64,000 nt of DNA from Eukaryota sp. GEM-RC1 (Eukaryota), in the NCBI GenBank assembly GCA_040285855.1, contig JAUFOQ010000006.1:248001-312000 (forward strand). The letters run 5' to 3'. Within the stretch, counting starts at the first letter, position 1; each line of letters opens with the position of its first letter. A program made the translations under genes and the position numbers. Shown in pieces: positions 1-12,752 of this stretch. The notes under the pieces were generated by a model. That model was not told the DNA's origin. It searched no databases and was given only the letters and a program-made list of their open reading frames with translations.

Positions 1-587
1 AGCCAAAGTACACGTTCAAACATCTAATTTTATTAATTTTGTATTTACACTAAATTTTACAATTATTTTTCTATAAAAGTGTTTGATTAATTGAATCAAA
101 CACATTACAATTATAGATTAAACCACAATTAAAATTTAAGTTTTCAAGCTTCATTATTGACCTAAGGCTGTTCTTACAGCCTAGTAAAGATCTCAAGGAG
201 TGATTAATCTTTGAACTAAAACAAACTGAAAGCATCAAAAAAACCAAATGTTTTTCCATTTATAAATCTTGAATTGATTGTGACTAAAATTGAAGTTTAT
301 TCAAAGAATTTTACAAACTACCTAAAATTTTACCTCGATTTCCAAAGTACGTACCCAACAATTTCATAGACTCAACAGAATTGTAATATACTGTACAATA
401 ACTACGTAATTTTGATTGACCAACGCTGATTGCAAACGTAAACAAGATTGCTTAATTATAGTTCGGATTGACGACTCCACTTTTGTTAGTGGAATCGCCA
501 TCAACTCATTTCTAAAAAACTACAGTACATTCTGACAATTAAATTCAGTACAATAGCCTCAAACAACAAGCAGCTTCATCAATCCTG

Positions 588-1079
588 ATGAAAAGCTCAC
601 TGCTCACTATAACTCTTCTATCACTAGTTGCTTTTGTTTGTGCCGATATTTATGAAGTTCGTCATCACAACTTCTATAAAACACTCAACGTTCCACGTGA
701 TGCTACTGGAACAGAAATCAAAAAGGCCTTCAGAACGATAGTGAGAACACAACATCCTGACAAAGCTGAAACTACAGAAGACCGAATTAAGGCTGAAAAG
801 ATGTTTCCTCTCTTTAATGAGGCTTATGAAATACTATCTGACGCAGAATTGCGTAGAGAACTTGATTATCTGTTAGAAGAAAGGACGTTGTTTTGGTACA
901 CCGTTACTGGCAAACCCGTAGACGGTAGATATGGTATTGTTGCACTAAGTGGTTTAGTTTTCATAGTGCTTGGACTCTCCAAGCATCTTCGATATTTGTT
1001 GAAGAAGCGACAGCGCTCAAAAATGAACGTTGAAATGGAAAGAAAACGTCACCTATTTTTGAAGGGACTCACTAGGTAA
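588..1079 (+). CDS. DnaJ (J-domain) co-chaperone with signal peptide and one TM helix (ER-type)
   Basis: Hydrophobic N-terminus; J-domain motifs 'NFYKTLNVPRDA..EIKKAFR..HPDK..FNEAYEILSD'; TM segment 'YGIVALSGLVFIVLGL'. Confidence 0.88.
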   Translation: MKSSLLTITLLSLVAFVCADIYEVRHHNFYKTLNVPRDATGTEIKKAFRTIVRTQHPDKAETTEDRIKAEKMFPLFNEAYEILSDAELRRELDYLLEERTLFWYTVTGKPVDGRYGIVALSGLVFIVLGLSKHLRYLLKKRQRSKMNVEMERKRHLFLKGLTR

Positions 1080-1212
1080 CTTCAATTGTATCCGTTGACT
1101 ATCAAATGGCATTGTCAGTCGTTGATCAATATTTAATTTGTGTTTTGATTTGGAACCATTAGTATTAAAGGATTACAGCCCAATCAATCATATGGAGAAA
1201 AAGTAAAAATCA

Positions 1213-1272
1213 GAAGATGATATATTAAATAAATTAAAATTATGAAGATGATATATTAAATAAATTAAAATT
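1213..1272. repeat. Tandem duplication of a 29-bp unit (period 31)
   Basis: gaagatgatatattaaataaattaaaatt at 1213-1241 and 1244-1272. Confidence 0.9.
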
Positions 1273-1275
1273 GTA

Positions 1276-1394
1276 TTTGAATCGTATTCTGGACAAATTG
1301 TATCGTGGTAGTTCAAGAGTAGATGTGGATCATTTAATATCGTTTAAGTACTAGTTGTTTGTATTTCGTTAATTTATAACATAAAATCCTTTTT
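1276..1394 (+). mobile_element. 3' end fragment of a non-LTR retrotransposon; near-identical to 49845-49963
   Basis: About 120 bp match to 49845-49963 with few differences; encodes 'LNRILDKLYRGSSRVDVDHLISFKY*' plus 3' UTR; both copies stop matching at the same 3' point. Confidence 0.6.
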
Positions 1395-2898
1395 AATTAA
1401 AATTACGAAATGTTAATTGATCCCCCACTTATCTCGACACATACTCTTCATGTATTGAAGCATTGTCAAGTTTTTAGTTTTACAGTAAAACGGAAACATC
1501 CCACAGTTCTCATTCTATCATGAACTGTCACACACTATTTGGATACGTACATTAAACTTTGACATTCTGTAAATACATTGTGTCATAATACTTTGCGCTA
1601 TTTTGTTTCATGCATAGATATTGTAATTCGTTTTAGGTGTGTTGTTTGGTGATGGACAGAAGAATAATTCTGTAGTGCTTATTCTTTATTTATCTGGGTC
1701 TCTCATGGATAAATATTCAATGTATCCATTTTTGACACCTTTTGGCGATCATGCAAACAAAACAAAACAAAATATGTATAACTACAAATACAATTTCGTT
1801 CAGTTATAAATAGCACTTGAGGTCAGTTATTCTCACACTAAGTGTAAAAATCTCCTTCAGAAGCGTCCCAAAAGGTCTTGCCATCATAACCGTAGAATTG
1901 TGCTCATTTTGACAGAAAACACAAAGCTTCCTAAATCAAAATAGTAGATGCAGATGAAGTTGGCTTCTCATCCAATCCATTGGATGTTCAAAAGTAAGCG
2001 AGTTTTATTTTTATTATTTTATACTTTTGGTCCCAAAGCCATAAAATTGGTACAAAAATTTCACACGTGGCAAAACAGCGTTGCAACAAGTCTTTCAACT
2101 AATGTTATTGGACTAACAGATTGTTATTGTGTGTTTTCCAAGGCCATTCCGAGACAAAAGAAATCTGCTTTCTATAAGCGACTATTAAGGAGAGGAAATT
2201 TTTGCCTTCCTATCTGTAGGCAAAGGAAATTTTCTCGAAATCGCTTTTGAAAAGAGTATTCTTCTGTTTGTTGTAATATCTTTTTTAGCTAAGTTACCGA
2301 GTGCGACTAAGTTACTGAGTGTGACACTTTTCTGCTCGGACTCGGTCTGTACAAACTGAGAGCGACTGCGAGTGTGGTCTGAGTGCACTGCATGAAATTT
2401 CATAATATTTTATTAATTGTGGTATTATAGTGATTATGTTGGTACACCAATTACAGGTTGCATAATGCTTCGTTTTTACTCGATTTTAATGTTGCAATAG
2501 ACTCAATGAGTGATATTGAATGGACAGACTCTTCATCTAAACTCAATTTCAGTGACTTCTATCACATTATTGGTCTTTCTTCGATAATTACTCACGGAAA
2601 AGCTCGTCATTGCAAATCTGACTGCTATTTGTTCTTTTATTTCGTTCCGTTAAACGTTAAACAACTCCATTAACTGCTGATACTAATGACCAGTAAACAT
2701 TAAAATCATTTAAATTAATCCGGCGGGCGAGGGTCATAACATCTTCAAAGAGACCGTTTTATGTTTAAAGAAATAATGTATTCAAAACCATGAAAAGAGA
2801 GATGAACCTCTCAAGTGTCCCGTTTTGGTGAAAACGTACATCACAAAATTGTGATTTGTGTTTTTTTTTGGAAAAGAAATTCTTCTAGTTCACATAGG

Positions 2899-4011
2899 AT
2901 GACTTCCTCAACCCTCGATGCCGCTCAAGCCATCAATTCTTTAGAAGCTCAAGTTAAGTGTCATGAGAACTCTCTTCAACAGCTTCAAACTGAGAAAAAA
3001 ACACTTGAAAAAACTATCCGTACAAAAGATCAAGCTCTCCTGGATCTGCAAGACAAACTTCAACGGATGGACAATCCCTCTCATGAACTAAGCAAGCTCC
3101 AGAACAACATTAAGTCTCTCGAAAATGAACTTGAACGCTATAAACATGAAAACAAGACCTTGCTTCGCATCCAAAAGACAAAGTCCAACGCTCTGGAAGA
3201 ACTCTCCTCTAAGATCAACGAAATGGAAGAAACCCCACACGACATCATTACTGGCCTTCGAGATGAAGTCAAGAACAAGGATAGACAACTTCAGGAACTG
3301 ACGCTGGAGAAACGTACTCTAGTGCGAGTTCAGCAACGAAAGGACGAGGAGATACTCCGCCTCCAGAACACCATTGAATCCACTGATGGCCCTGGATCCT
3401 TTAAAAGCATGGAAAGAGAGAACAAGTCTCTTAAAGGAGAGATTGAACGCTTCCGTGATCAAAAGGAACAATTCCAGCGCACCATCAAATCTCAAGAGAA
3501 ACGTATCCGATTGCTCCTAAAGAAGCTCGAATCTATTGCTTCCACCATTAAGGATATGAAGGGTGATATTATACAGCCACTACAAGCTCACACTGAAGTT
3601 GTAATGAGAGCTAATAATCTACAAGAGAACTTTGAGCAAAACGAAGAACTGCCCGTGGTTCCACTTGAACTTTATGAACTAATGGAAAATGAATGTAATA
3701 GATACAGAGTCTTGTGTGATCAAAAGGATAGTGAAATCAATGAAAAAGAAGACGAGATTGAAAACCTGTCGAGAAAGATCGACGTGTTGAAGAAGTCTCA
3801 GTCGTCTTCTGTACGTAAGTTTAAGTCTGATGTCCAGCAGTATGAGTTGGATGTGGAGGATTTGAAGCGGGAGCTCGAGATTAGAGATGATGAGTGTAAT
3901 AGGAGAGAAGCAGTGCTAAAGTCTGAGATTTACGCACTCAGAAATGATTTGGCTCGGTTGCAGGCTGTGATTGCTGAACAAGCTGAATCTTTAAAAAATC
4001 TAGGTCATTAG
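2899..4011 (+). CDS. Coiled-coil protein resembling the microtubule-associated protein MAP70 family
   Basis: All-heptad protein, first ATG at 2899. Blocks 'ENKTLLRIQKTKSNALEE', 'EKRTLVRVQQRKDEEILRLQNTI', 'ENKSLKGEIERFRD' and 'VPLELYELMENECNRYR..KDSEINEKEDEIENLSRKIDVLKK' follow recalled plant MAP70 blocks in the same order. Confidence 0.6.
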   Translation: MTSSTLDAAQAINSLEAQVKCHENSLQQLQTEKKTLEKTIRTKDQALLDLQDKLQRMDNPSHELSKLQNNIKSLENELERYKHENKTLLRIQKTKSNALEELSSKINEMEETPHDIITGLRDEVKNKDRQLQELTLEKRTLVRVQQRKDEEILRLQNTIESTDGPGSFKSMERENKSLKGEIERFRDQKEQFQRTIKSQEKRIRLLLKKLESIASTIKDMKGDIIQPLQAHTEVVMRANNLQENFEQNEELPVVPLELYELMENECNRYRVLCDQKDSEINEKEDEIENLSRKIDVLKKSQSSSVRKFKSDVQQYELDVEDLKRELEIRDDECNRREAVLKSEIYALRNDLARLQAVIAEQAESLKNLGH

Positions 4012-4447
4012 TGTATAAATATCAAATATTTAGTTGTTTTTAGTATTTTCCAACTCGAATTCAATCACGAAATCGAATAATGAAAATTGATGTGATTGCT
4101 TGATTATGTGGTATGGGGTAAAACACGATCATGTATTAATAATTAGGTCAGTCAAAACAACAGATTTAAAGTTGTTCAGAAGAGAATTGTTTCAAATATT
4201 CACAATTTCATACAATTTCAAAAACAAATTCACTACTAAATAGTCGAACTATAACTCTTCTAAGAAACAGCAGCTATAGCCGATGTTGTAAGTTACAACG
4301 TGTAATCAATTAACAGAGACTATTCATAAACAGGTATCATATAAACAAACTGAAAATTCGCAGACAAAAAAGTGCATCAAAATGAATGGAGGAATCCCAT
4401 CGAATCTCCACAATCAATGGATTAGGAAAGAATCAAATCAAAACCAA

Positions 4448-6702
4448 TCAAATCAAAACTGATAGAAATACTGGACGATAAACTTCCGTTGCTCCATGAC
4501 GACATAGGGCAGTAACTCGACCCCTTTTAAACTTTGATTGCAACCAAGAAAAGTTCACCAATCCAACTCCAGAACACCTTCCTCTTTTCAAAGAAGGAAT
4601 CCCAGACGAAACAACACCAATTATTTTAAATTTTGGTAAATTCTCACTCATCAACTCTGATCCCCCACCTTTCTCCTCCTCAAACCTGTCCATAACACTG
4701 CCATTGGGAGGAAACTCAAACAACAACGAATTAGGAGGACAGACTCCCACACCAGAAGGATTGATGGACACGTAGACAAAGGAAAGAGGGGGAGGGGAAG
4801 AGTTGAGATCTCTAAAGACATGAAAAACTGGTGCTGAAGAAGGAATTGTGGCAGACGATGGATCGGTAATCATGTCGCAATCAAATTTGATCCAATCAAT
4901 CACAGGTGATTCATATCGCTCAGTAACTTGATTAATCAACTGATCATCGCTATCATTTCCTTCCACAACAAAACGTAACAGCCCCTTTAAAACATCATGA
5001 AAGTCACCTTCCACATCCAAACAAATAGAGATCAAAGTAAACGGAAACCAATTCCAAAAGGGAAACTTGAATCCATTCAAAAAGGAAGTTCTTTTTCCTG
5101 GGGGTCGTTTATGATATTCTTCAAAGTCTGCTTCAGCTTTTCTCTTTCTAAACTCCACACCACCCAACGTATGTGGATAATCAAAGGAAACCACACGTCA
5201 CCAATCTCAGTCGTGATTGAGTGACTGTCATCAACTCCAATCGGCTTTCCTCCATGGAAAACAAGTGAGTTCCACAGAACACTTACCCAATTCTTTGGTA
5301 CAATCATTAAGTACCCAGAACCTACCCCTCTGGGATCAATAGAATTACACTGATAGAAAGTCACGTGAGGTCCTGGGAAGTCTTCGGAACTTGGAAGAAC
5401 AGCGTTGAAAACTCCAGATTCTGACCTTCGTTGACAAACTGACGAGTTAGTCTCTGGATGAGTGGAAAAATTAAAACATTTGTCAAAATTTACAATTGAA
5501 CCTGTATAACTCCAGTTCGATATTAACTTTCCAAGTTCTCTCGGAGGACTTTTGGCAACTGAATCTTGAACAGAGGCTATGGAGGAGTAAGAAATAGCAG
5601 AAAAGGGACGGAATGAAGAGACGTGAGCTGGGGGAGGGGTTTGGAAGGAAAGTGCTGACGTGGAACGGTCAAAAACTGATTGGTCAAGAGACTTCTCGAG
5701 AGGGAAAAGTCGAGGGTCAAATAATTCACAAGAAAAACCAGAAAACTTAGGTAAAACCGGACCAGACACTTCAGATATCAAATCAAACACGTGTTTTCCA
5801 GGCCCTCCTTTAGCAGGGAAAGATCGATGTAAGAGAATGTTAGATTTTGGTCCAAGAACAGAGAACATTCCAAGACTGTCTGAGACATCAGTGATGGAAA
5901 GTGTTGGGGGAAGGGAAGAAGAGAGGAGGGTTGGGAGGGGATGGGAGAGGAGGGAGAGGGAGGCAGGGTGAAGGATGAAGAAGAGGGAGTTAAGTGGTGG
6001 GGAAAAGAAGAACTTGACAGGGCCAAGGGAAAGAGGGAAGGGAGGTAAGAGAGAGAAATCAGCAGATCCTAGCCGAGATCCATGTTTCAGAGCGATATTC
6101 CCAAGAGAATCACCTTGAGAAAAGAAAGGCAGTGAGATCAAAAGAGCATGAGATGAATCCCAATCAGAAGGATTATCAACAGAGATTCGAAAAGTGTGAT
6201 AGAAAGAGGTGTCCTGGATAGTAGCAATATGTCTAGCAGCATGAACTGATGATCTATTGGACTTTTGAGTAGGTCGTAGAGGAACTTTGTATCCCCATAG
6301 AGTATCCATGTGGAATCTTTTAGCATGCCAGACATGTGTATCAAGCCATTTAGCTCCAGAACGCAGTTGGAAGTCATCCTTACTACGTCTTCTTCTCCAA
6401 CGCTTTTGTTTCTTCTCTGGAGTCTTGGGTCGCGCAGAAGCATTTTCTTTTTCTGTACGAGCTCTCAGACAGCTGGGTATTCGATGTATGTTATGAGAAG
6501 CTGCTCTACGACGAGCATGTCGAGGAAGTGATTGAAAAGCTCGTTTGTTACCATCTATTTCACTCACTTCGAAGATCAGCTTGTTCATTTCATTGGTACG
6601 AGCTCTTGAGTAGTCGACAACGTTGATGTAAGTTGCTCCGACACGATCAGGATTTGTGATGCCAAAGTCTTTAGGTCGATGTTTCTTAGGAAGATTAAAC
6701 AT
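4448..6702 (-). CDS. POP1: RNase P/MRP subunit POP1 (one frameshift near 5185)
   Basis: POP1 motifs 'FQSLPRHARRRAASHN' and 'WLDTHVWHAKRFHM..LWGY'. One extra T in TTTCCTTTGAT joins the two ORFs as 'WFPFDYPHT..KRPPGKR' (POPLD region). Confidence 0.93.
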
Positions 6703-6792
6703 TTGTAAGAGTAAATGTCGTTTTGGAAGAGATGAAGGATGTGGACAGTCTACTAGTAGGTAATTTGCTGACTATTGAACTTCTTTTTTCCT

Positions 6793-8081
6793 ATGCGGTA
6801 TAGATGCGAGTTTGAGCATCTTGGAGAAACTCGGTTCTTCACCACAATTGCACCACCTGAGAGTTCTGTAGCTCATCTTCTTAAGCTTGCATCTGTTGAT
6901 TATTCGGACCTTTTTAATCAAAACATTATATTCAATTCCCTACGCACACCAGGTGGATTTCTAGTTCATCCTAAACATCTTGCAAGTGAAGCTATTGAAA
7001 AGATGAGATTGTCAAACTGTCATCTTCGCATTCATCCTCACTTTCTGAGAAAAAACGAACTGGTTCCCCTCCCACTCCCATTATCTCCATCCCTACTCCA
7101 AATCCTGAGTTTCAATCTATACCACATGAAGTAGTACCTAAAACCTCAACAATTCTTCCACATCAAACTAATCCAGGGTATCGGACTGTGTCCCGTCTAA
7201 CTGACTTATCAAGGATGGGATTTAGCTCCGATAGTGAAACGGATACCGACCAAATCCAGTCCTCCATTCTTAACAGTGCCGCCAACTTTGAGAAGAAGAG
7301 AAGTTTAGAGGTTGAGAGAGCAGTCTCTACTGGTCCTAAAGTTCCTGTCTTTATTCCTCAAATAGAGGAAGAAGATGAGGAGGAAGTAGCAAATGATCAT
7401 GATTTACCGGCAACTGAATTGGAATCACGTAATACGGCCAAGAATGATTCTGAACTACAGGATCATAATGCTTCATTGCAAGAAACTCAGCAAAGCTCTA
7501 CCCCCATTTCTACGTCTACTGATAACTCCACTGATAACTCCATTCCAGGCATTGATGACGTGATTCAAGATGCAGGGTTAAAAAGAAGATCACAAAAGAT
7601 TGATTCTTTTGATTGTAACACTCTTGAACATCAGGCTCCTGAACTTAAAAAATCAAACGTAAATGAAGCTGAAGTTGTGGAGACTCACCAAGAACAAGAC
7701 AAGCCTTCAGTAGTTGTAGATATACCAAAAGTTGAACCTAAACAGAAAACTACCACTGAAAAACCAAAGGTTGAGGCAAAGGATGCTTCTTCTAGTTCTG
7801 AGTATGATTCTGAATATGACACTGAGTCTGAAAGCTCTGATTCCCCTTCTTCTGATGAGGAAACTGATCCCGTGGCAGCATTGATTGCTGACTCTAAAAG
7901 ACTTCAGGCAGAGTCACAGAAACATGCTCCAAAAGTGAAGACTTCAACGGTCAATCACACGTCACCAGCAATGACTAGAAGTCATTTAAGGAAAAAGAGC
8001 GGCAAAAAGACCAATGATCGGATAAATGAGTTCACTCCTGAGATGGTGCGACAACTTGCCGATGCTACGAAGAAATCTTGA
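6793..8081 (+). CDS. Small N-terminal globular domain (possibly ubiquitin-like, Net1/coilin-N style) plus long acidic/Ser-rich disordered tail; frameshift near 7000
   Basis: Adding one A to GAAAAGAT joins ORF 6775-7134 to ORF 7188-8081 ('EAIEKDEIVKLSSS...GYRTVSRL'). The domain identity is tentative. Confidence 0.6.
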
Positions 8082-9258
8082 GTATTTATTATCTACTTTG
8101 TTTAGTATTGTTTACTGAAAAGACCGAACCTGTTGAACTTTATAGGGTGGTGTTTTGTGTGTTTAATTGCTGAATCTTGTTGTTTAATTTGGTGTATGAG
8201 TAACAGCTTTATGAGTTTTTTTAGTCTTTTTTATGTGTTTCTATTTTTTTCTGTTCTATTTTTCCAATTAAAGAACGTTTATGAATATTTCAATTTTTGG
8301 TAGTATTGGTCCGGCAGGTTTAAAATTTTTCAAGTGTTTTTAGTCTTTTAAGCCGTACTAATGGCAAGGTTTTTAATGGTTCTGTATGGATTAATCGACT
8401 TATGTTTGCTCTATAAAGAAGCATTCCCAAGTATTTAAGTTCCATTTATTCCAAGTTGTTTAGATATAATTCTCGTGTAGATATGGAGATTTTAACTTCT
8501 TTCATTTTCTGAATTAGTATGTTACTTGATTGTTGCAAATAAACTTCTCTTTTCTATATGAATACCAAGACTTACTTTATTTTTGTTGAAACTAATGCTA
8601 TTGATATATTTTTGGGATACTACTTGAATGGGAAGTTTTCACTGCCTGCTAGTATACAGTACTGTAGTGTTTTGGCTGATTTACACACTCAATGTCGCCA
8701 GTTTGATAAACATATAAGGGTGACCATTCTGGATTGTCAAACCAGTTACACCTGACACGTCATTGAACTCCATTGAAAAAGAAAACGGAAAATTCATTTT
8801 TTTAAACTAAATTCACCTATCATAGGATAATCCTTAAAACGGTAGTACACCGAATATATCATAGTACAACAATCAATATTTACTATTTGTGGTAGTTTCA
8901 TTACACTCTCTAATGGATTCTCTTTTAGAAGAACTGTATGAGTATAGTTTCTGTTCTTTTTATTAGTTCATAAACGATATACAGAAATCTTGATAATTTA
9001 GAATAGAATTCATATAAAGAGGTAGAAGAAAACAGACTTTTGATGTGCATACCTTGGATGTTGAAGATCCAAGAGCCATCAGATCTTGATGATAGTCAGT
9101 ATAAACAGATGCACTGAAAGCAGATCAGCTCCAAGAAAACTACCTAAAAAGGTGTATTTGGAGTTTTTTAGCTATGTTGATAGCTATATTGATTTTGGGG
9201 AGTATGCACCCCAAATGAATTCAACAATAGTTTCTCAATCTGCAATATATTAATTGTA

Positions 9259-9588
9259 TTATTCCCATATCTCACAGAAATAGTACCACTTACATGCTGC
9301 TTTTGTGCAATCAGAAGGACAGGTACCTTCGATGAAGGCCTTGCAACCAGCATTACAGGCTAAGATAAGAGATGGAGAGTAGTTTCACAAACCTGTCTTG
9401 AAAGGGCCAACAGGAGCACAAGCATTCGCACATCCGCTAGCTTCAGCAACGTTGTATATAACACGGAGGACAAGGACGCAAGTATTACACTCATAAGAAG
9501 CATTGATATTTTTCGGTGGATAGGCAGGAGTTTGCCATTCAGCGAAGACTGCAGCAAAGAGAAGGGCAACAACGAGAGCTTTGAACAT
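9259..9588 (-). CDS. Secreted 10-Cys saposin-like protein, paralogue 1 (98 aa; intron 9360-9392)
   Basis: Spliced product MFKALVVALLFAAVFA-EWQTPAYPPKNINASYECNTCVLVLRVIYNVAEASGCANACAPVGPFKTACNAGCKAFIEGTCPSDCTKAACKWYYFCEIWE; intron position shared by all three copies. Confidence 0.85.
9360..9392 (-). other. 33-nt spliceosomal intron
   Basis: GTTTGTGAAACTACTCTCCATCTCTTATCTTAG; its removal opens the conserved Cys-rich exon 2. Confidence 0.85.
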
Positions 9589-9778
9589 AGGAGGAATGAT
9601 GATTGCCGAAGATGAATGTCCTAAGAAATCTTCACCATGACGGTCGACATTTTCCGATCCATCATCGATATCGATAAACCCTTTACTTGTGTTTATGAGT
9701 TTCAGAATCTTTATGTTTTTCGGATAATGACAGTTACCAACTGTTAGAGCATACAGATCTATATGATAACCTTTTGAC

Positions 9779-11308
9779 CATAGATGGGAAATACAGAATA
9801 CATGTATTCTGTGTATTTTGTATTTTGTATTTGTATTTGTATTAATACAAAGCCCTTATTTGTATTTTTTGGTATTTTTAGTATCAGTACTTAGTTATTA
9901 ATATTCAGTCTTATTAATTCTAATTATTTGCATATTCAATGCAGATTCATGTGACAAAAATACTGCATGAGCACCAAATACAATGTTTCTTCTACAAAAG
10001 TACGTACAATTGTAGTGTGAAGTTGTGTGTGTGTAATAATTCCAATTCATGAATTATGTATGACTTTTACTGATTCAAAAACACTTGCCTCCTTTCCCAC
10101 TATGTTGTTTACATCTCAACTGCGCGGATATGAGGTCAACAACGTAATCTCCGACAACATCCTATGGAATAGGTGCTCGTTGAGATGGAGAGTCATGGAG
10201 CATGATATTGATTTCTCTTCAATTTTTCTGAAAAGACAGGGAAGAAACTTCATTGTTGGCTTGATTCAAGACACAGTTTTTACAAACAGCAATTGTCATC
10301 ACAACAAAGACCTTAGAAGTTGAATCTACCAGTAGATGAAGTTGTATACTTTTTAGTTCATAATTAGCTTGAGTGCTCACCCACTCTCTATCATAATATT
10401 TGAATTTTGGTGAGTTTCTATCAGAGAGGGCTATCAAATATTTAAATAAATATGATATTGTGATTCGATGAAAATAAATATTTATTGAGATTCCATATTT
10501 TGCAATAAATATTGCAAGATTTAAATAAATATGGACCTTAGTTGTGATGCCATTTAGTAAGACAAAAATACTAATTGAATTAAACTTAACTCATCAACAT
10601 CAATTTCTACGACTTTACCATCATAGCCTTTATCTCTTCTTGTGTTAACGCTGTATTTAACTAAAGGTAAAGTCCCAATTCTCACGGTTTTCAAGGAGAT
10701 ACAGAAGTTTATCAAGACTGTTTGGCTTAACAGAAGGACGACGATTGATTTCTAGGTTTAGTTCAGCTTTACTGCTTAGTGATGTTGCTGTCAAAGGTTC
10801 AAGGAAATATTTATGGAAACAAAATCCAGGTATTTGTTATTTTTTTCTTACTTCTTACTGTTTTTGGCTGACAGAATGTGATATCGGAACAATTGTTAAA
10901 TAAGGAACAACCTGACGTCGATGAACAACGCCATTTCAGGTCAAACGTGTGTGTATTGTGTTCATCTCTAAGTGTTTTCCTTCAATCATAGTTATTTACA
11001 TATTTCAATGTCAGGCAATAAAGAATGCACCTCTGAAATAGTGCAAAAAGAAACTTTCTATAGTGTAAAACCAAAGTTCAACTACTTTCGGCGTGAAAAC
11101 GATGAAACGTAGAAAGTTTTTGCAATACCACTTCTCAGTATAGTTCATTATTTTAAATGGTCTTATCAAAGTAACACATATGTTTCCACCTGAAATACAA
11201 TTGAAATACACTCACGTGATAGAAATAGTGTATTTGTATTCGTTGTATCTGTATTTGTATTTGTATTTGTATTAATACAGAGGCATGTAGTTGTATTTCC
11301 CATCTATG
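9779..11308. mobile_element. Non-autonomous hAT-like element (1530 bp)
   Basis: Perfect 17-bp TIR CATAGATGGGAAATACA; perfect 8-bp TSD CTTTTGAC (9771-9778 and 11309-11316); subterminal TGTATT arrays; empty site visible in the paralogous region near 15098-15105. Confidence 0.95.
10422..11050 (+). mobile_element. Truncated copy of the 11509-12051 element, nested in the 9779-11308 element
   Basis: Colinear similarity to 11509-12010 from cagagagggctatcaaatatttaaata to about gaaatagtgcaaaa; no right terminus seen. Confidence 0.7.
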
Positions 11309-11344
11309 CTTTTGACAGTACAATATAGCAGTGCTTTCCAATCG

Positions 11345-11376
11345 AACAGTAACTAACAGTAACTAACAGTAACTAA
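11345..11376. repeat. Three tandem copies of a 10-bp unit (AACAGTAACT)
   Basis: Seen directly; the paralogous region near 15135 has a single copy. Confidence 0.85.
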
Positions 11377-11508
11377 TTAAAAAAGTCATAAACATCAATT
11401 TCAATAGTAAACTCACCCAAGGTAACCATTAACAACATACAAGTCAATACTGCGTTTTGTACTCTTCCTGGAAGTTATTCTTAGCCGCTTTTCATCATGT
11501 GGTCAACT

Positions 11509-12051
11509 CAGGGGAGGCCAATAAATATTTAAATACATATGATATTGTGATTCGATCAAAAAATATATTTATGCAAATTCCTTATTTTGCAATAAATATC
11601 GCATTATTAAATAAATACGGACCTTAGTTGTTGCCGTTTATGATAACAAAAGGACTATTTAAAAAAACATACTCATCAAGTGCTTATCACATGCTTATCA
11701 CAAGGATGGGATGCATTTTTGCTTTCGTTCACCTTTACTGAAGAGTCATGTCGCTGTCATGGGTTCATGATAAACTTATGAAAATAAAGTCTAGATACTT
11801 GGTATTTTACCTTACTTCTTAATGTTTATGGTTGACAGCAATGTGATATGGATACAATTGAGTAAACAAAACAACATAACTGTCTGAGAATAACTGCAGT
11901 TCACGTGAAATGGGGGTGTGGCCTCAACTTTAAGTGTTTGTCTTCAATCATATTTATTTAAATATCACATTAACATGCACTAAATATAGCACTTCCGAAA
12001 CAGTCCAAAATGGATATTGCAGAATAAATATCTATTGGCCAGTAGACCATC
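11509..12051. mobile_element. Non-autonomous hAT-like element with a damaged right end
   Basis: Left end CAGGGGAGGCCAATAAATATTTA; right inner TIR taaatatctattggcc; flanks GGTCAACT (11501-11508) and GGTCTACT (12052-12059) match at 7/8. Confidence 0.7.
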
Positions 12052-12752
12052 GGTCTACTTTCATAAGATCAATCATTCACAACAGTTTACGTGATCAATG
12101 TTAAGAATTGTTTAAAAGCAATGGTTTTCATGAAAAATCGAACCAGTGTAAAATACTTTGTCTAACTCAATTATGAGAGATAGGAGTAGAAGTGATTTGA
12201 TTGCTGCTAAGAGATAATTATGGACATTACTACAGTTGTTCCTTGTAACTTAATTTCTGTTATCAAAAATTTAGACGAAAATTTTTCAGCTCTTGAAACT
12301 GCTGAAATATGCCGTATCGTATTGTTACTATCACCAAATAAATCATGGGACTTGCGTTTCACCAAAATGGGACACTTTATTGTGAGGTTATTGTCTCTTT
12401 TCTGTGGTGTTTGGTACCTTATTTCTTTAAACATAAATAGGCCACTTTTAATACGTGAAACCTCACCTACAGGAAAAAATATTGTAGGGATTAATGGCCA
12501 CGACAAAAATAAATGTCTTGATGTTATTGTTGTGCAATACAAAATATACAATTTATGACATCTGATTACTGCTACCGGAACACATTGTTTACTCCAAATT
12601 GGATGTAAAAATGAATTTAGCCGCAACCAAATCATTGATTTCGATTTCAGTGACGAATTATTGATACAATAGTATTTTTTCTTTTATTTTGATATTTCTT
12701 TTTGTCCCTTTCATCTCTAAACATCTTGTATCTCTAGCATTTTTTTTCATCC

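Noticed and set aside
2288..2395. Repeated gagtgcgact-like words resembling a transposon subterminal region
   Set aside because: No partner end or TSD found in the window.
5660..6531. Short ORFs antisense to or nested in POP1 (and similar ones in other long genes)
   Set aside because: Shadow ORFs of real coding sequence.
12207..12635. Overlapping ORFs on both strands, perhaps a transposase remnant
   Set aside because: No motif I can support; only a vague resemblance.
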